This document shows positions 29,043-38,963 of a stretch of 50,137 nucleotides of DNA, piece by piece. Origin of the DNA: Deltaproteobacteria bacterium (GTDB lineage Bacteria; Myxococcota_A; UBA9042; DTJE01; S145-11); the NCBI GenBank assembly GCA_015493765.1, contig WGCQ01000272.1, forward strand, positions 1 through 50,137, written 5' to 3'. The first letter of the stretch is position 1. Each line of letters opens with the position of its first letter. Made by a program: the position numbers and the translations under genes. The notes below the pieces were generated by a model that was not told the DNA's origin, did not search any database, and was given only the letters and a program-made list of their open reading frames with translations.

Positions 29043-29389
29043 ATTTTGCCTCCTAAAAAGGTTGATCCTACCAGTTTGTGTGTCTGTTGCCTGGCTTGCA
29101 TTTCAAGGGCCTTTTCCCCTGCTTCGGTGATATAGATATTCTTGCGGTTGCTTTCCTCGCGTATCTCGACCAGGCATAATATCTCGAGGGTTTCCACAAA
29201 ACACACAGCGCTTTGCTTGGTTCGCGTTTCACCCGCGCTTTTCAGGTCGTCGAATGCATTGGTTATGTTGTATTTACGGTGCATTACCTCGGCCTGTGCA
29301 GCCCAGTAGAGGATCAGAAAGTGCGACCTTTTCAGTCGCTCTAATTGTTTTTTCCACAGATCTGTCTCTACGGGTGCTGTGTTTGCCAT
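29039..29389 (-). CDS. Winged-helix DNA-binding protein (TubR-like)
   Basis: LVEIREESNRKNIYITEAGEKAL wing motif; GAGGTG RBS; its stop overlaps the tubulin start (ATGA). Confidence 0.7.
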   Translation of the reverse strand: MANTAPVETDLWKKQLERLKRSHFLILYWAAQAEVMHRKYNITNAFDDLKSAGETRTKQSAVCFVETLEILCLVEIREESNRKNIYITEAGEKALEMQARQQTHKLVGSTFLGGKI

Positions 29390-29419
29390 TTTGGTCTGTC
29401 ACCTCGCAAGCCTTTCAAT

Positions 29420-29490
29420 AACTTAGCGCAAAAAACGAACAATGTCAAGTAAAAGATAGTGTAGTATAGTTTTGATAGCATACTACACTA
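29420..29490 (-). promoter_or_regulatory. Sigma-70 promoter and 11-bp inverted-repeat operator upstream of the wHTH-tubulin operon
   Basis: TTGACA(29448-29443)-N17-TAAGTT(29425-29420); TAGTGTAGTAT-N12-ATACTACACTA at 29457-29490. Confidence 0.7.
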
Positions 29491-29594
29491 CACTTTATCA
29501 TGTGCCTACCCCTGATAACAAGGCATGAATCAACGTAATGTGGTATATAATTGTCCGGTTTCTTTTTGCTGTCTTGATATTCAGGGAGTTGAAT

Positions 29595-30917
29595 ATGTGC
29601 CAGAAACAAAGGTCTGTAGGCCTGACAGGCGCCGTTTCGATTGGTATAGGCGGTATGGTTGGTGGCGGCATATTTGCCGTATTGGGGGAAGCCGTGTCCT
29701 TTGCCCATGGCGCCACTGCCGTAGCCTTTCTGTTTGCCGGGATCGTGGCATTACTGACTTCCTACTCCTATGCGAAATTATCCGTCAAATATCAAAATCG
29801 GGGTGGAACCGTAGTGTTCATAGATAACGCCTTTAACCACAATATCCTGTCAGGCGGCATCAACTTCATGTTGTGGCTGAGTTACCTGGTCACGATTTCC
29901 CTGTATGCTGTTGCCTTTGCATCCTATGCGGATACGTTTTTTCATGGTGTTATACCGCCATGGCAAAGACACGCATTTATCATCCTGGCTATCCTGTTGC
30001 CGCTGATTATAAATTCCTTGAGCCCCGTGATCGTCTCCAAATCCGAAACTGTTATTGTAATGATTAAATTATTGTTATTGTTGCTGATCATTGTCACAGG
30101 TATCCCATTTGTGGACCCGTCAAAATTGTCACCAGCCAGGTGGGGCACTCCTGTATCCATACTGGTTGCTGGTATGATAATATTTGTTGCCTACGAAGGA
30201 TTCGAACTGATTGCAAATGCCGCGGAGGATATAAAAAAACCGTTGGTAAACCTGCCAAGGGCTTTTTATCTGTCCGTCATTACGGTTATAGTTCTGTACA
30301 TATTAATCGCACTGATCACCGTTGGGACGGTGCCTGAGGCCAAACTGCTGGTAGCAAGGGATTATGCCCTTGCGGTTGCAGCAAAACCGGCGCTTGGCAG
30401 GGTGGGGTTTACGATTGTTGCCATAGCCGCATTACTGGCAACATTTTCCGCAATTAATTCCACTATCTACGGGAATGCCCGTCTGGGTTACATTGTGGCA
30501 AAGGATGGGGAACTGCCCGAATTTCTTGAGAAAGAAAGGCACCATATCCCGGAAACGGGGGTGATAGTTACTGGTGTTCTGAGCATGATAATCGCAAACC
30601 TGATCGACCTGACCGCAATAGCCATAATCGGCAGCGCCAGTTTTCTGTTGATATTTTTCCTGGTAAACCTGAGCGCATTCAAACTACGCAATGAGGTCAA
30701 GGCGAATAAATGGGTGGTTCTGACTGCTATCGTAGCCAGTGCTGCGGCCTTGGTTACATTGCTGGCGCATACCTTTTCCAGTAATACCAGGGCAGTGTTC
30801 ATATATCTGATTTTCATAGTTTTTTCCGTATTGTTCGAGGTATTTTACGGCAAACTGGTGAGAGGTCATTTTTTCCACAGGGCTTACAAAAAAGTTGACA
30901 GGAATGACACCAAATAG
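29595..30917 (+). CDS. APC family amino acid permease
   Basis: IGIGGMVGGGIF, SYAKL, AYEGFELIANAAE, about 12 TM segments. Confidence 0.92.
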   Translation: MCQKQRSVGLTGAVSIGIGGMVGGGIFAVLGEAVSFAHGATAVAFLFAGIVALLTSYSYAKLSVKYQNRGGTVVFIDNAFNHNILSGGINFMLWLSYLVTISLYAVAFASYADTFFHGVIPPWQRHAFIILAILLPLIINSLSPVIVSKSETVIVMIKLLLLLLIIVTGIPFVDPSKLSPARWGTPVSILVAGMIIFVAYEGFELIANAAEDIKKPLVNLPRAFYLSVITVIVLYILIALITVGTVPEAKLLVARDYALAVAAKPALGRVGFTIVAIAALLATFSAINSTIYGNARLGYIVAKDGELPEFLEKERHHIPETGVIVTGVLSMIIANLIDLTAIAIIGSASFLLIFFLVNLSAFKLRNEVKANKWVVLTAIVASAAALVTLLAHTFSSNTRAVFIYLIFIVFSVLFEVFYGKLVRGHFFHRAYKKVDRNDTK

Positions 30918-31069
30918 CGGTTTGGGACCGATCCTGATCTAAAAAGTCCTTATCTGTCAACTGATTGCTTTACATCACTAAAGATAGCGGGTCACGGACC
31001 CGTCCCTGAACCACTTTCTGCAACCTTTGTCCTCAAATTTGACAGGTAATTTGGGGCAATTCATTCCTC

Positions 31070-31098
31070 TTGACAATACACTCAGATATTGCCATAAT
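31070..31098 (+). promoter_or_regulatory. Sigma-70 promoter of tRNA-Phe
   Basis: TTGACA-N17-CATAAT. Confidence 0.75.
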
Positions 31099-31112
31099 TG
31101 CCCTTGCTTTTT

Positions 31113-31188
<76 letters not shown>

Positions 31189-31319
31189 ATAAAAATTTAA
31201 AGGGCACAAAAGGTTATCGGATGTGTTTCCTTGTCCATGTTGATGGAATAGGGCTTTTGTGACCACTATTCCACGTTGCCGCAACCGGCCCGGGGCCAGG
31301 GTTCCAGGCAGGCGAGTCC

Positions 31320-31450
31320 GAGGATGTTGATTTGATTGGTTTCGAAGCAAATCAGAGATCTCGAGCGTTTTGTAACATATTGATTTTAAAGCCATTTAAG
31401 AGTGACGACTGGAAGCCGGCGATCATAGGGGGGACTTTTTCAACACCATC
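31320..31450 (+). mobile_element. MITE B inserted in a REP-like hairpin
   Basis: Ends GAGGATGTTGA…TCAACACCATC; similar to 37804-37923. Confidence 0.7.
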
Positions 31451-31477
31451 GAGGAGGTCTGCGCTCCACGGCGTTCG

Positions 31478-33787
31478 TCACCTTGGGTTGGGCAATATCA
31501 GCGTGCCCCCTTTGGACAACTGCTCCTGGGTGATCACGGGCTTGGCCAGGGCCTTGCCGTCAAAGGAAAATCCGTTTCCGCGCTGGATCGTCAAATCACC
31601 GGCCTTGAGGTGTAGTACCGCCTTTTTTACCACGGGCGAAAACAACCAGAAATCGCCTTTGCAATACCTCGGAAACAGGCCCAGTGCACCCCACACGTAC
31701 CACGCACCCAGTGTGCCGGCGTCATCGTTCCCTGCAAGGCCGTCCGGCCTGTTTGCATAGCAACCCGCCATGATCTTGCGTATCCATTTGTCCGTGTACT
31801 TGCCCTGGCCTGCATCCACGAACAAGAACGGGGCAGGCAGGTCGGGTTCGTTGCCGTGCCAGTAATACGAGTCAAAATAAGGCGTGATCTTCAATCCTGA
31901 CTTTTCAAAGAATTCGTTCAATTTGCCGATAAATTTGTCCGTACCCCCCAGCAATTGCGCCAGCCCCTGCACGTCCTGGGGTACGTCGAACAAGTACTGC
32001 CAGGCCGTACCCTCGGTATATGCGCCCTGGTCCTCCAGGTAGGTGGGGTGAAAAGGCTCCAGGAAGTGGCCGCTGGAATCCTTCGGCCTGAAAAAGCCCG
32101 TAACCGGGTCATAGATGTTTTTCCAGTAGTTGCTGCGCTTTTGGAACTCCTGCGCGGTCTGGGTGTCATGCAACGCATCGGCCAGCCTGGACACGCAAAA
32201 GTCGGCCAGGGAGTCCTCCAGGGTCTTGGATACCGAACCCTTGTGCTTGTCCGCGGGGATGTAGTGGAATTTGAGCAGGTCCTGGGCGCCGTCCCTGCCG
32301 CTGAATCCGTTGCCGCGTGCGCCGTTTGCGATCGAAACCATGTTTTTCAAGGCCTTTGTGGCATCGAAACCGTGAAAACCGCGCAGATAGGAGTCCGCCA
32401 TGATGATGACCCCCGGGTTTCCGAACATGCTGTTCCCGTAGCCATGCGCAATGGGCCAGTTCGGTATGTAACCGCCTTGCTCCATGATCAATTCGAGGCT
32501 GTTCAGCATACGGGCCTGGTCGTCGGGATATAGCAGGCAGTCCATGGGGTGCACCGTGCGAAACGTGTCCCAGCCCGAAAAATCGCTGAAGAAATTCGAA
32601 CCCTGGTGGACCTTGCCGTCAAAGCCCGTGTAACGCCCGTCCAGGTCAGCCAGGTCGTCCGGCATCAGCAGGGCGTGATACAACGACGTGTAAAAGATTA
32701 CCGGGTCCACATCGCCCGGGTCCTTCAGTTCGACCACCCCAAGGTACCGATTCCACGCATCCACGGCCATGTTTACCGCAGTGTCGAACGCCAGCGACCT
32801 GGCCTGGCCCAGGTTTGTCATTGCACCCTGCGCATCAACCATGGATATGCCGACCCTTGCCACCACCGAGGATGCGTCGGGAAAATGCAACAGCAGCCTG
32901 GGTGCTGAACCCGGAGCCGTGTTGTTTTGCCTGACCTTGTCAAACGGCCGGTCAAACAGGATCGCAAAATACAGCATGAACCCGTTGTTGCGGCCGGACA
33001 GTGACCCCTTGTACAACAGGCTGCCCGTAACCAGGCGCCTGGCCTTGTCCGCAAATGCCTGGGCGTTTTGCACCGTGCAGTCGGGCAGGGCGTGCCCCGT
33101 GTCTATGCCGACCCAGGCGTCCATGGCAGGCAAAAACGTGTAGCGATGGAGCGCGGCCTTGCCCGTGGTCGTCATTTCGGCTCTCACCCCGTTGTCCAGT
33201 ACCACGCCGTAGTAACCCGGAAACGCGGTCTCGTTTTTGTGGCTGAACAGGGGGAAAAACTTGCCGGCCATGTATGTGTCACTGTCCTTGCCAGGCACGG
33301 GCAGCAATGCCAGTGCACCGTAGTCCGAAGCGCCGGTGCCGTGCACATGGAGCTGGCTGAAACCGGTCAGCATCTTGTCCTCGTACCAGTAACCGGAACA
33401 ATGAAACTGCTTTATGGCCCCGTATTTTTCCCTGGTATCCGGTCCCGGCTTGGCCAGGCTAAACGGCAGGGCCGCCCCCACGAACGCGCTGCCGATGTTT
33501 GCGCCCTTGCCCCCGGTCCCGATGAAGGGGTTTACGAACCTGGCCGGACCGGTTGGTTTCAGTGTCTGCCCGGTGTCACCCGTGATGTCCGATACGTCCG
33601 AAACCGCCATGTCCGGGCCAGCCACATCCCGCGTATCGACCGTATCCGGGACACCGCTGTCCCTGGCATCATTCGCATCCCGGTATTGAATGTCACTGCC
33701 CACGTCCGTGTCCACTCCGTGCAAGGTGGTATTTGAACAAGATGCCAGAAAAGTCAGGACCACCATGAATATGAGTCTTTTTTGCAT
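31478..33787 (-). CDS. GH92 family alpha-mannosidase, lipoprotein
   Basis: LASC lipobox, VNPFIGT, GPDT, FSQLH..GTG, FYTSLYH, WDTFR, EGTAWQY, HGNEP, GNDDAG. Confidence 0.92.
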   Translation of the reverse strand: MQKRLIFMVVLTFLASCSNTTLHGVDTDVGSDIQYRDANDARDSGVPDTVDTRDVAGPDMAVSDVSDITGDTGQTLKPTGPARFVNPFIGTGGKGANIGSAFVGAALPFSLAKPGPDTREKYGAIKQFHCSGYWYEDKMLTGFSQLHVHGTGASDYGALALLPVPGKDSDTYMAGKFFPLFSHKNETAFPGYYGVVLDNGVRAEMTTTGKAALHRYTFLPAMDAWVGIDTGHALPDCTVQNAQAFADKARRLVTGSLLYKGSLSGRNNGFMLYFAILFDRPFDKVRQNNTAPGSAPRLLLHFPDASSVVARVGISMVDAQGAMTNLGQARSLAFDTAVNMAVDAWNRYLGVVELKDPGDVDPVIFYTSLYHALLMPDDLADLDGRYTGFDGKVHQGSNFFSDFSGWDTFRTVHPMDCLLYPDDQARMLNSLELIMEQGGYIPNWPIAHGYGNSMFGNPGVIIMADSYLRGFHGFDATKALKNMVSIANGARGNGFSGRDGAQDLLKFHYIPADKHKGSVSKTLEDSLADFCVSRLADALHDTQTAQEFQKRSNYWKNIYDPVTGFFRPKDSSGHFLEPFHPTYLEDQGAYTEGTAWQYLFDVPQDVQGLAQLLGGTDKFIGKLNEFFEKSGLKITPYFDSYYWHGNEPDLPAPFLFVDAGQGKYTDKWIRKIMAGCYANRPDGLAGNDDAGTLGAWYVWGALGLFPRYCKGDFWLFSPVVKKAVLHLKAGDLTIQRGNGFSFDGKALAKPVITQEQLSKGGTLILPNPR

Positions 33788-33792
33788 GGATT

Positions 33793-34287
33793 TCACCTCT
33801 TTGGTTGCTTTTGTTTCGTCTGTTGTAGTTGCGAACTTACCACGATCACCAGTTTGCCGCAGTGCAGGCGGCCGCTGAAGCCCCACTCCATCCGGGCGTG
33901 GCAATACTTAACCCTGGCTGGCTTGCTATCGTCCCAGTCGGCCACGTAACCGGGCAGGGTTATGGCCGAGCCAGCCGTTTTTTCCACCTCGATGTCCAGG
34001 GGCAGCCTGAAACGGGACCTCACGCGTACACTCCGGTTGATCCCTGCCAGCGGTCCATGCAACCCCTGTTGCCGAAGCAGCACAAAATCGCCTATACGCA
34101 CGGACAAATCCACCTGTTTGGGTGCACCTTTTTTAAATTCAATGCGCTTGAATACAACCAGGGCCTGGGGTACGGCATTTTGTGCGTGTAACGTGCTTGC
34201 ATACGCCACCACCACGGTAAGTATGGCAAAAAGGCTAAAACAACTCGAGTTGTTCCACATCTTTTTTTCGTTTTCTTTTGGGCACAT
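33793..34287 (-). CDS. Secreted hypothetical protein
   Basis: 164-aa ORF with a signal-like segment, fills the gap in a co-oriented operon; start uncertain. Confidence 0.5.
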   Translation of the reverse strand: MCPKENEKKMWNNSSCFSLFAILTVVVAYASTLHAQNAVPQALVVFKRIEFKKGAPKQVDLSVRIGDFVLLRQQGLHGPLAGINRSVRVRSRFRLPLDIEVEKTAGSAITLPGYVADWDDSKPARVKYCHARMEWGFSGRLHCGKLVIVVSSQLQQTKQKQPKR

Positions 34288-37200
34288 GCACTGTTTTGTC
34301 CTCGAATGTCCCGGCTGGCACCATGGACAACAGGCTTGACTTTCCCGGCCTCACGTTCAGACCCGGCACGTCGCGGTTTTTTACACTGGTCATGTACAAC
34401 CGCCCGGACGCCCTGGTTACGGCCACGTGAAGCAACCTGCGTTCCTCGGCCAGTTCCTCCCTGGTGTGAGCGCGGTCGAAAGGCAGCAGCCCGTCCTGTA
34501 CCCCCACCACGAATACAGCACCGAACTCGAGCCCCTTGGCCCCGTGGATCGTGAGCAGGCGTACGCCTATGTCGCTCAGGTTCAGGGCATCCACCTTTTT
34601 CATCAGGGTCAGCGCATCCAGCATGGAAACAATGTCAGGCTGGCTGCTCAACACGTTCATGTCAGGCAGTGTCAGCATACCCTCCGCCTCCATGGCCCGG
34701 TTGACCTGTTCCCATACGGTGTCCAAGGCCCCTGGCTCGTCAGGCCTGTGCTGGCCAATTAGTTTCGCAACCCGTTGAAACCCTGAAAGGTCCTCTATGC
34801 CCTGTTTATTCAGGTGTTCTATCATGGCCTTGTTCAGGGGTGGTTCCCCTGCCTGCCATGCACGCAAAAACGCCTGCATTACCGCGATACTGTCAAAGCC
34901 CTCGTCGTCTGCCTGGCTGCCCTCCACGAACGGGATGCCCTCAGTTTGCAAGGCCTCCTTGACCCGGTTCAGCACCCGCCTGGTCCGGCCCAGCACCGCG
35001 ATATCCTCAAGGGCCATAACATCCTGGCCCTGTTTGATCATGTCCAGCCCGCCCAGCAGACTGGCGATCTCCTTGGCAATAAAGATCGCCTCCTGCAAGG
35101 GGGTCCTGAATTCCAGGTACTGCGGCCTGGGTCCGTGTTTTCCGGTCATGGGCACCTGTCCGTCCGAACGCAGGGGCCCTGCGAACCGGGCGAGTTCATG
35201 GGTCAGTCGAAACGACCAGTCCAGGCCCATCACGTCCATGCCGCCAATACGTGACGCTAGTTGCTCCACCGCATCCGGCATGGCCCCGCGAAACCCGTAG
35301 ATTGCCTGCTCAGGGTCGCCGATCAAAAACACCTCGGCCCCGGCCTTGTGTACTTGAACAATCATTTGTGCCTGCACAGGGTTGATGTCCTGGACCTCGT
35401 CCACCAGCAGAAACCGGATCCCCTGGTCACGCAACAGCGAGTCATCCTGTTCCAATGCCCTTACCACGCGCCAGATCAAATCGTCCATATCCATTGCGTC
35501 CGCCCGTGCCAGGGCCTGCTCGTAGGCATCAAAACAACGCGGCCTTTCACCCCTGCCCGCCTTGAACAACGCGATTTCCCCGATGCATTTCCGGGCCTCC
35601 GTCAGGCTCAGCCGCAGTGCGTCCTTCAACAGCAACAATTGCTGGCGCTGGTCGATCAGGCGGCGTTTTGGCCACATCTGTCGCGCCAACTCCCGGCCAA
35701 ATGCATGCATGGTCATCACCCTGGGCATCGCGCCATTGTGGCCGGATGCTATGCGCTCCCGGATCTCGATGGCCGCGGCCGTGGTAAAGGTGACAGCCAG
35801 TATTTCAGCGGGCCTGGTCCCCTGCTCCAGCAAGCGGCGGACGCGGGTCGTCAACACGAATGTCTTGCCCGAGCCCGGGCCTGCGATCACGGCACAGTTT
35901 CCCCGGCAGTTTATTGCCTGTAACTGGGCCGGGGTCAGGTCCCTTTTCCAGTACCGGTCGTCCTGCTCAAATTCGATCTGCACGGCATTTTCCCCTGCCG
36001 CCGGTTCCGTCCGCCTGGGTTTGCTCGTTGCCGGCACGTCACCAAAACCCACCAACAGCCCCTGGTTTCGTAAACTGTCCAGTTCACCGGGCCGAAACAC
36101 CTGGATGCGGCCGAAAACCCCGTCATAACCCGGCTGTTTGTACACGTGCTCCGCGCGGATCCGCCGGATCGCCTCGCGCAGCGTGGGCGTGACCTCCTCG
36201 ATTGCCTCCAGCGGCATATCCAGCAACAGGGGCAATTCGGGGCCTGACGCGGCCAGCAGACGTTCGTAAGCCTTTGCCACACGCTTGGACTGCGCACCCA
36301 CGCTGTACAACTCGCCCAGGACCTCGGGCAGAGGGATCTGGTGGACCTCCAGGGGCTTGCCCGCAGGGCGATGCGTCGGCCCGCGGTCAGCCAGGTCCAG
36401 TACCCGGTGCATCACGCCCATGGTGAGGGGCTTGCCACATACGGGACAGGTGTTATTGTTCTGCGCCGCCTCCTCGGGCGTCAGGACCACCCCGCACTTC
36501 CTGTGCCCGTCAAAGTGGTATTTGCCTTCTTCGGGATAAAACTCCACCGTGCCCACGAATCCCTGCGCGGGCCTGCGGATCGCCTGGACTATGGCATGAT
36601 AGGACAGGGGCGTGTCCAGGATGTCCGCCTCGCGGCCCAGTTTTGCGGGTGAGTGCGCATCGGAGTGCGACACCAACGTGTACCTGTCCAGGGCCGAGAC
36701 CCGGTAATTCATGGTTGGGTCCGAGGACAGGCCCGTCTCCAGCGCGTGAATATGTTCCAGTTCCTCCTCGTAGCATTCCTCCAGGTTGTCGAACCCACTT
36801 CTTTCGCCCAGCGTGGAAAACCACGGGGTCCAGATGTGGGCCGGGATCACCTCGCAGTCGCCGTGGATGGAGCGGGCGATCTTCAGGATTTCCTTAGGGT
36901 CCAGCCCCAGGATCGGCCTCCCGTCCGACCGTACGTTGCCCAGTTTGTCCAGCGCTGCATGAAACGCCCTTGCCGATGCCAGGTCCGGCATCAGGACCAC
37001 GGTATGGACCTTCCTGACCCTGCCCGCCTTCTTGTAGATGCTGGATATCTCGACGCTTAACAGGAAACGGGGCTGGATTTGGCATGACTGCGGCAGTTGC
37101 GCATCCAAATCCTTTGCGTTTTTCGGCATGTACAGACCCGGCTCCGTTTCCTCGAGCCCGGCCTCCAGTTCCTCCAGCCAGGCAGGATGCGTGAAATCAC

Positions 37201-37321
37201 CCGTACCCACCACCTGGATGCCCTTTTTTGATGCCCACGTGTACAGGCCGTTTATGTCCGCCTCCTTGCTGGTGGCCCTGGAATAATGGGAATGAACGTG
37301 AAGGTCCGCAAAGAATCGCAT
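34235..37321 (-). CDS. Endonuclease Q-like PHP domain fused to a UvrD/PcrA-like SF1 helicase
   Basis: DLHVHSHYSRATS, GTGDFTHP, PAHIWTPWF, SDAHS, GKYHFDGHRKC…CPVC; AGPGSGKT, VDEVQD, GDPEQAIYGFRGA, TIHGAKGLEF, EERRLLHVAVTRA. Confidence 0.9.
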   Translation of the reverse strand: MRFFADLHVHSHYSRATSKEADINGLYTWASKKGIQVVGTGDFTHPAWLEELEAGLEETEPGLYMPKNAKDLDAQLPQSCQIQPRFLLSVEISSIYKKAGRVRKVHTVVLMPDLASARAFHAALDKLGNVRSDGRPILGLDPKEILKIARSIHGDCEVIPAHIWTPWFSTLGERSGFDNLEECYEEELEHIHALETGLSSDPTMNYRVSALDRYTLVSHSDAHSPAKLGREADILDTPLSYHAIVQAIRRPAQGFVGTVEFYPEEGKYHFDGHRKCGVVLTPEEAAQNNNTCPVCGKPLTMGVMHRVLDLADRGPTHRPAGKPLEVHQIPLPEVLGELYSVGAQSKRVAKAYERLLAASGPELPLLLDMPLEAIEEVTPTLREAIRRIRAEHVYKQPGYDGVFGRIQVFRPGELDSLRNQGLLVGFGDVPATSKPRRTEPAAGENAVQIEFEQDDRYWKRDLTPAQLQAINCRGNCAVIAGPGSGKTFVLTTRVRRLLEQGTRPAEILAVTFTTAAAIEIRERIASGHNGAMPRVMTMHAFGRELARQMWPKRRLIDQRQQLLLLKDALRLSLTEARKCIGEIALFKAGRGERPRCFDAYEQALARADAMDMDDLIWRVVRALEQDDSLLRDQGIRFLLVDEVQDINPVQAQMIVQVHKAGAEVFLIGDPEQAIYGFRGAMPDAVEQLASRIGGMDVMGLDWSFRLTHELARFAGPLRSDGQVPMTGKHGPRPQYLEFRTPLQEAIFIAKEIASLLGGLDMIKQGQDVMALEDIAVLGRTRRVLNRVKEALQTEGIPFVEGSQADDEGFDSIAVMQAFLRAWQAGEPPLNKAMIEHLNKQGIEDLSGFQRVAKLIGQHRPDEPGALDTVWEQVNRAMEAEGMLTLPDMNVLSSQPDIVSMLDALTLMKKVDALNLSDIGVRLLTIHGAKGLEFGAVFVVGVQDGLLPFDRAHTREELAEERRLLHVAVTRASGRLYMTSVKNRDVPGLNVRPGKSSLLSMVPAGTFEDKTVHVPKRKRKKDVEQLELF

Positions 37322-37440
37322 GGTTGCTCCTTTAAGCCTTGGCAAGTTTACCATTATCCCCGCTTCTGGGCAAACGAGGTGTGGGCCCAGGTTATGTAAC
37401 CCTGTTTGTGTCAAAAAGAGCGGTCTGGACACCCGCGAAA

Positions 37441-37950
37441 CAAGCAGGCGAGGCCGAGGATGTTGATTTGATGCCAATTCCAGGGCGGGTTTGGAACCCG
37501 CCCCTACCGGAATGTATCGAACACACCTCCGCCCACACCGCCACGGCCACGGCCTCGGTCACGGCCAACGGTCTCGGTCAACGGTCTCGGACTCGGGCAT
37601 CGGGCCTCTGGCATCGGGCCTCTGGCGTCGGGTCGCAGCCTGCGGCTGCTGCGGGACGGTCCTGCGGGCCTTTCGGGAAGGCTCCCGTAGTAACCGGGAG
37701 CACACTGCCACGGTCAACGGTCAACGGCCCCGGCCAACGGTCACGGACAACAGTCAACGGCCGAAAGACCAGGCTAGCCGCCTGGGTTACAAGCAGGCCG
37801 GCGGAGGGTGTTGATTTGATTGGTTTCGAAGTAAATCTGAGTTTGTAACATGTTGATTTTAAAGCCATTTAAGAATGCCGGCTGGAAGCCAGCGATCCCA
37901 GGGAGGTCCTTTGTAACACCCTCCGGAGGCCTGTGCTCCATACGGCCACG
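37441..37950. repeat. Repeat cluster: partial MITE A, hexamer runs, reverse copy of the 9610-9700 module, MITE B (37804-37923) inside a REP
   Basis: Direct sequence similarity to the other clusters in the window. Confidence 0.8.
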
Positions 37951-38069
37951 GCAAAATCCGTTTTGGACCGTGGACCTGGGTATAACGGTCACCAGGATAT
38001 GGGTACTACTGCCCCGGACAGGCCTTCGCCCCGGTCATAATCGCTTTGATTCTTTGGACCTGTCGGACG

Positions 38070-38085
38070 TGGCATGCCAATTGCT
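38070..38085 (+). promoter_or_regulatory. Sigma-54 promoter of the sigma factor gene
   Basis: TGGCAT-GCCAA-TTGCT 33 nt upstream of ATG 38119. Confidence 0.75.
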
Positions 38086-38118
38086 ATCTATGAACCTGTC
38101 AATACTTTTGGAGGTATC

Positions 38119-38649
38119 ATGTCCGAGTACAACGTTCAGGACCTGGAAAACTTGATCCATTGGGTCTGTGACAGGAGTATCCCATACCAGGCGCTTAGTG
38201 CTGAGGAAAGGGAGGATGCGGTTCAGGATACGTTTGTGGCCTTGCTGGAGGCCCAGGCACGCAGGGACCCGGACAAGAATTTTCGCACGCTTGTTAACAT
38301 AAGAATACGGGGGGCACTGATGGATTTCTGGAGGAAGCGGTCCATACTGCGACATCGTAGTCGGGTGTTGGAACCTGCCATGACAAAGGACACGACTCAC
38401 AGGACCATGGAATCCCGGATCACCCGAAAGACACTTACCATGCAGGTCAAGGCCATGATGTACGGTTTGCAGGAAAAACAACGCCGGGCAGTGGAATGCT
38501 ATTATTTGCAGGGAAAAACGGTGCAGGAAACAGCCGATATCCTGGGTGTTGCGGATACCACGGCATGGCGTCTGATTAAAAGAGGAGTTACGGAATTAAG
38601 GGAGTCCATGGAGGAGTACCACCCTTACGGTGTAAACTGGAAGCCTTGA
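38119..38649 (+). CDS. Small sigma-70 family RNA polymerase sigma factor (regions 2 and 4; FliA-like region 2)
   Basis: EDAVQDTFVALL, FRTLVNIRIRGALMDFWR, LQEKQR…YLQGKTVQETADILGV; GGAGG RBS. Confidence 0.85.
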   Translation: MSEYNVQDLENLIHWVCDRSIPYQALSAEEREDAVQDTFVALLEAQARRDPDKNFRTLVNIRIRGALMDFWRKRSILRHRSRVLEPAMTKDTTHRTMESRITRKTLTMQVKAMMYGLQEKQRRAVECYYLQGKTVQETADILGVADTTAWRLIKRGVTELRESMEEYHPYGVNWKP

Positions 38650-38724
38650 TACCCGGGGCCACATGTGGTGATGGAAAAACACAACGGCACTGATTTCGAG
38701 GCTGCCATACCGTCTTTTTTCCCG

Positions 38725-38896
38725 TAATACCCGAATTACCTGACTAAATTCGGCAGTCGGGCGCTGCAAGCGGCCCCTCTACTGCATCATTTTCACCTGT
38801 TTGCATCTGAACCCATTTCAGCACCCAATCTTATAGAAGAGGGTTGTCAAGCCCACTGTACTTTATCCTCAAATTTACAGGTAATTTGGGGTATTA
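38725..38896. mobile_element. Complete MITE C with terminal inverted repeats
   Basis: TAATACCCGAATTACCTG…CAGGTAATTTGGGGTATTA, about 170 bp, non-coding. Confidence 0.7.
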
Positions 38897-38963
38897 TTTG
38901 ACCGGGGTTGTTGAAAAAAATCCTAAAACGTCATAAAAGAATATCTGCATTTAGGAGGTACCC

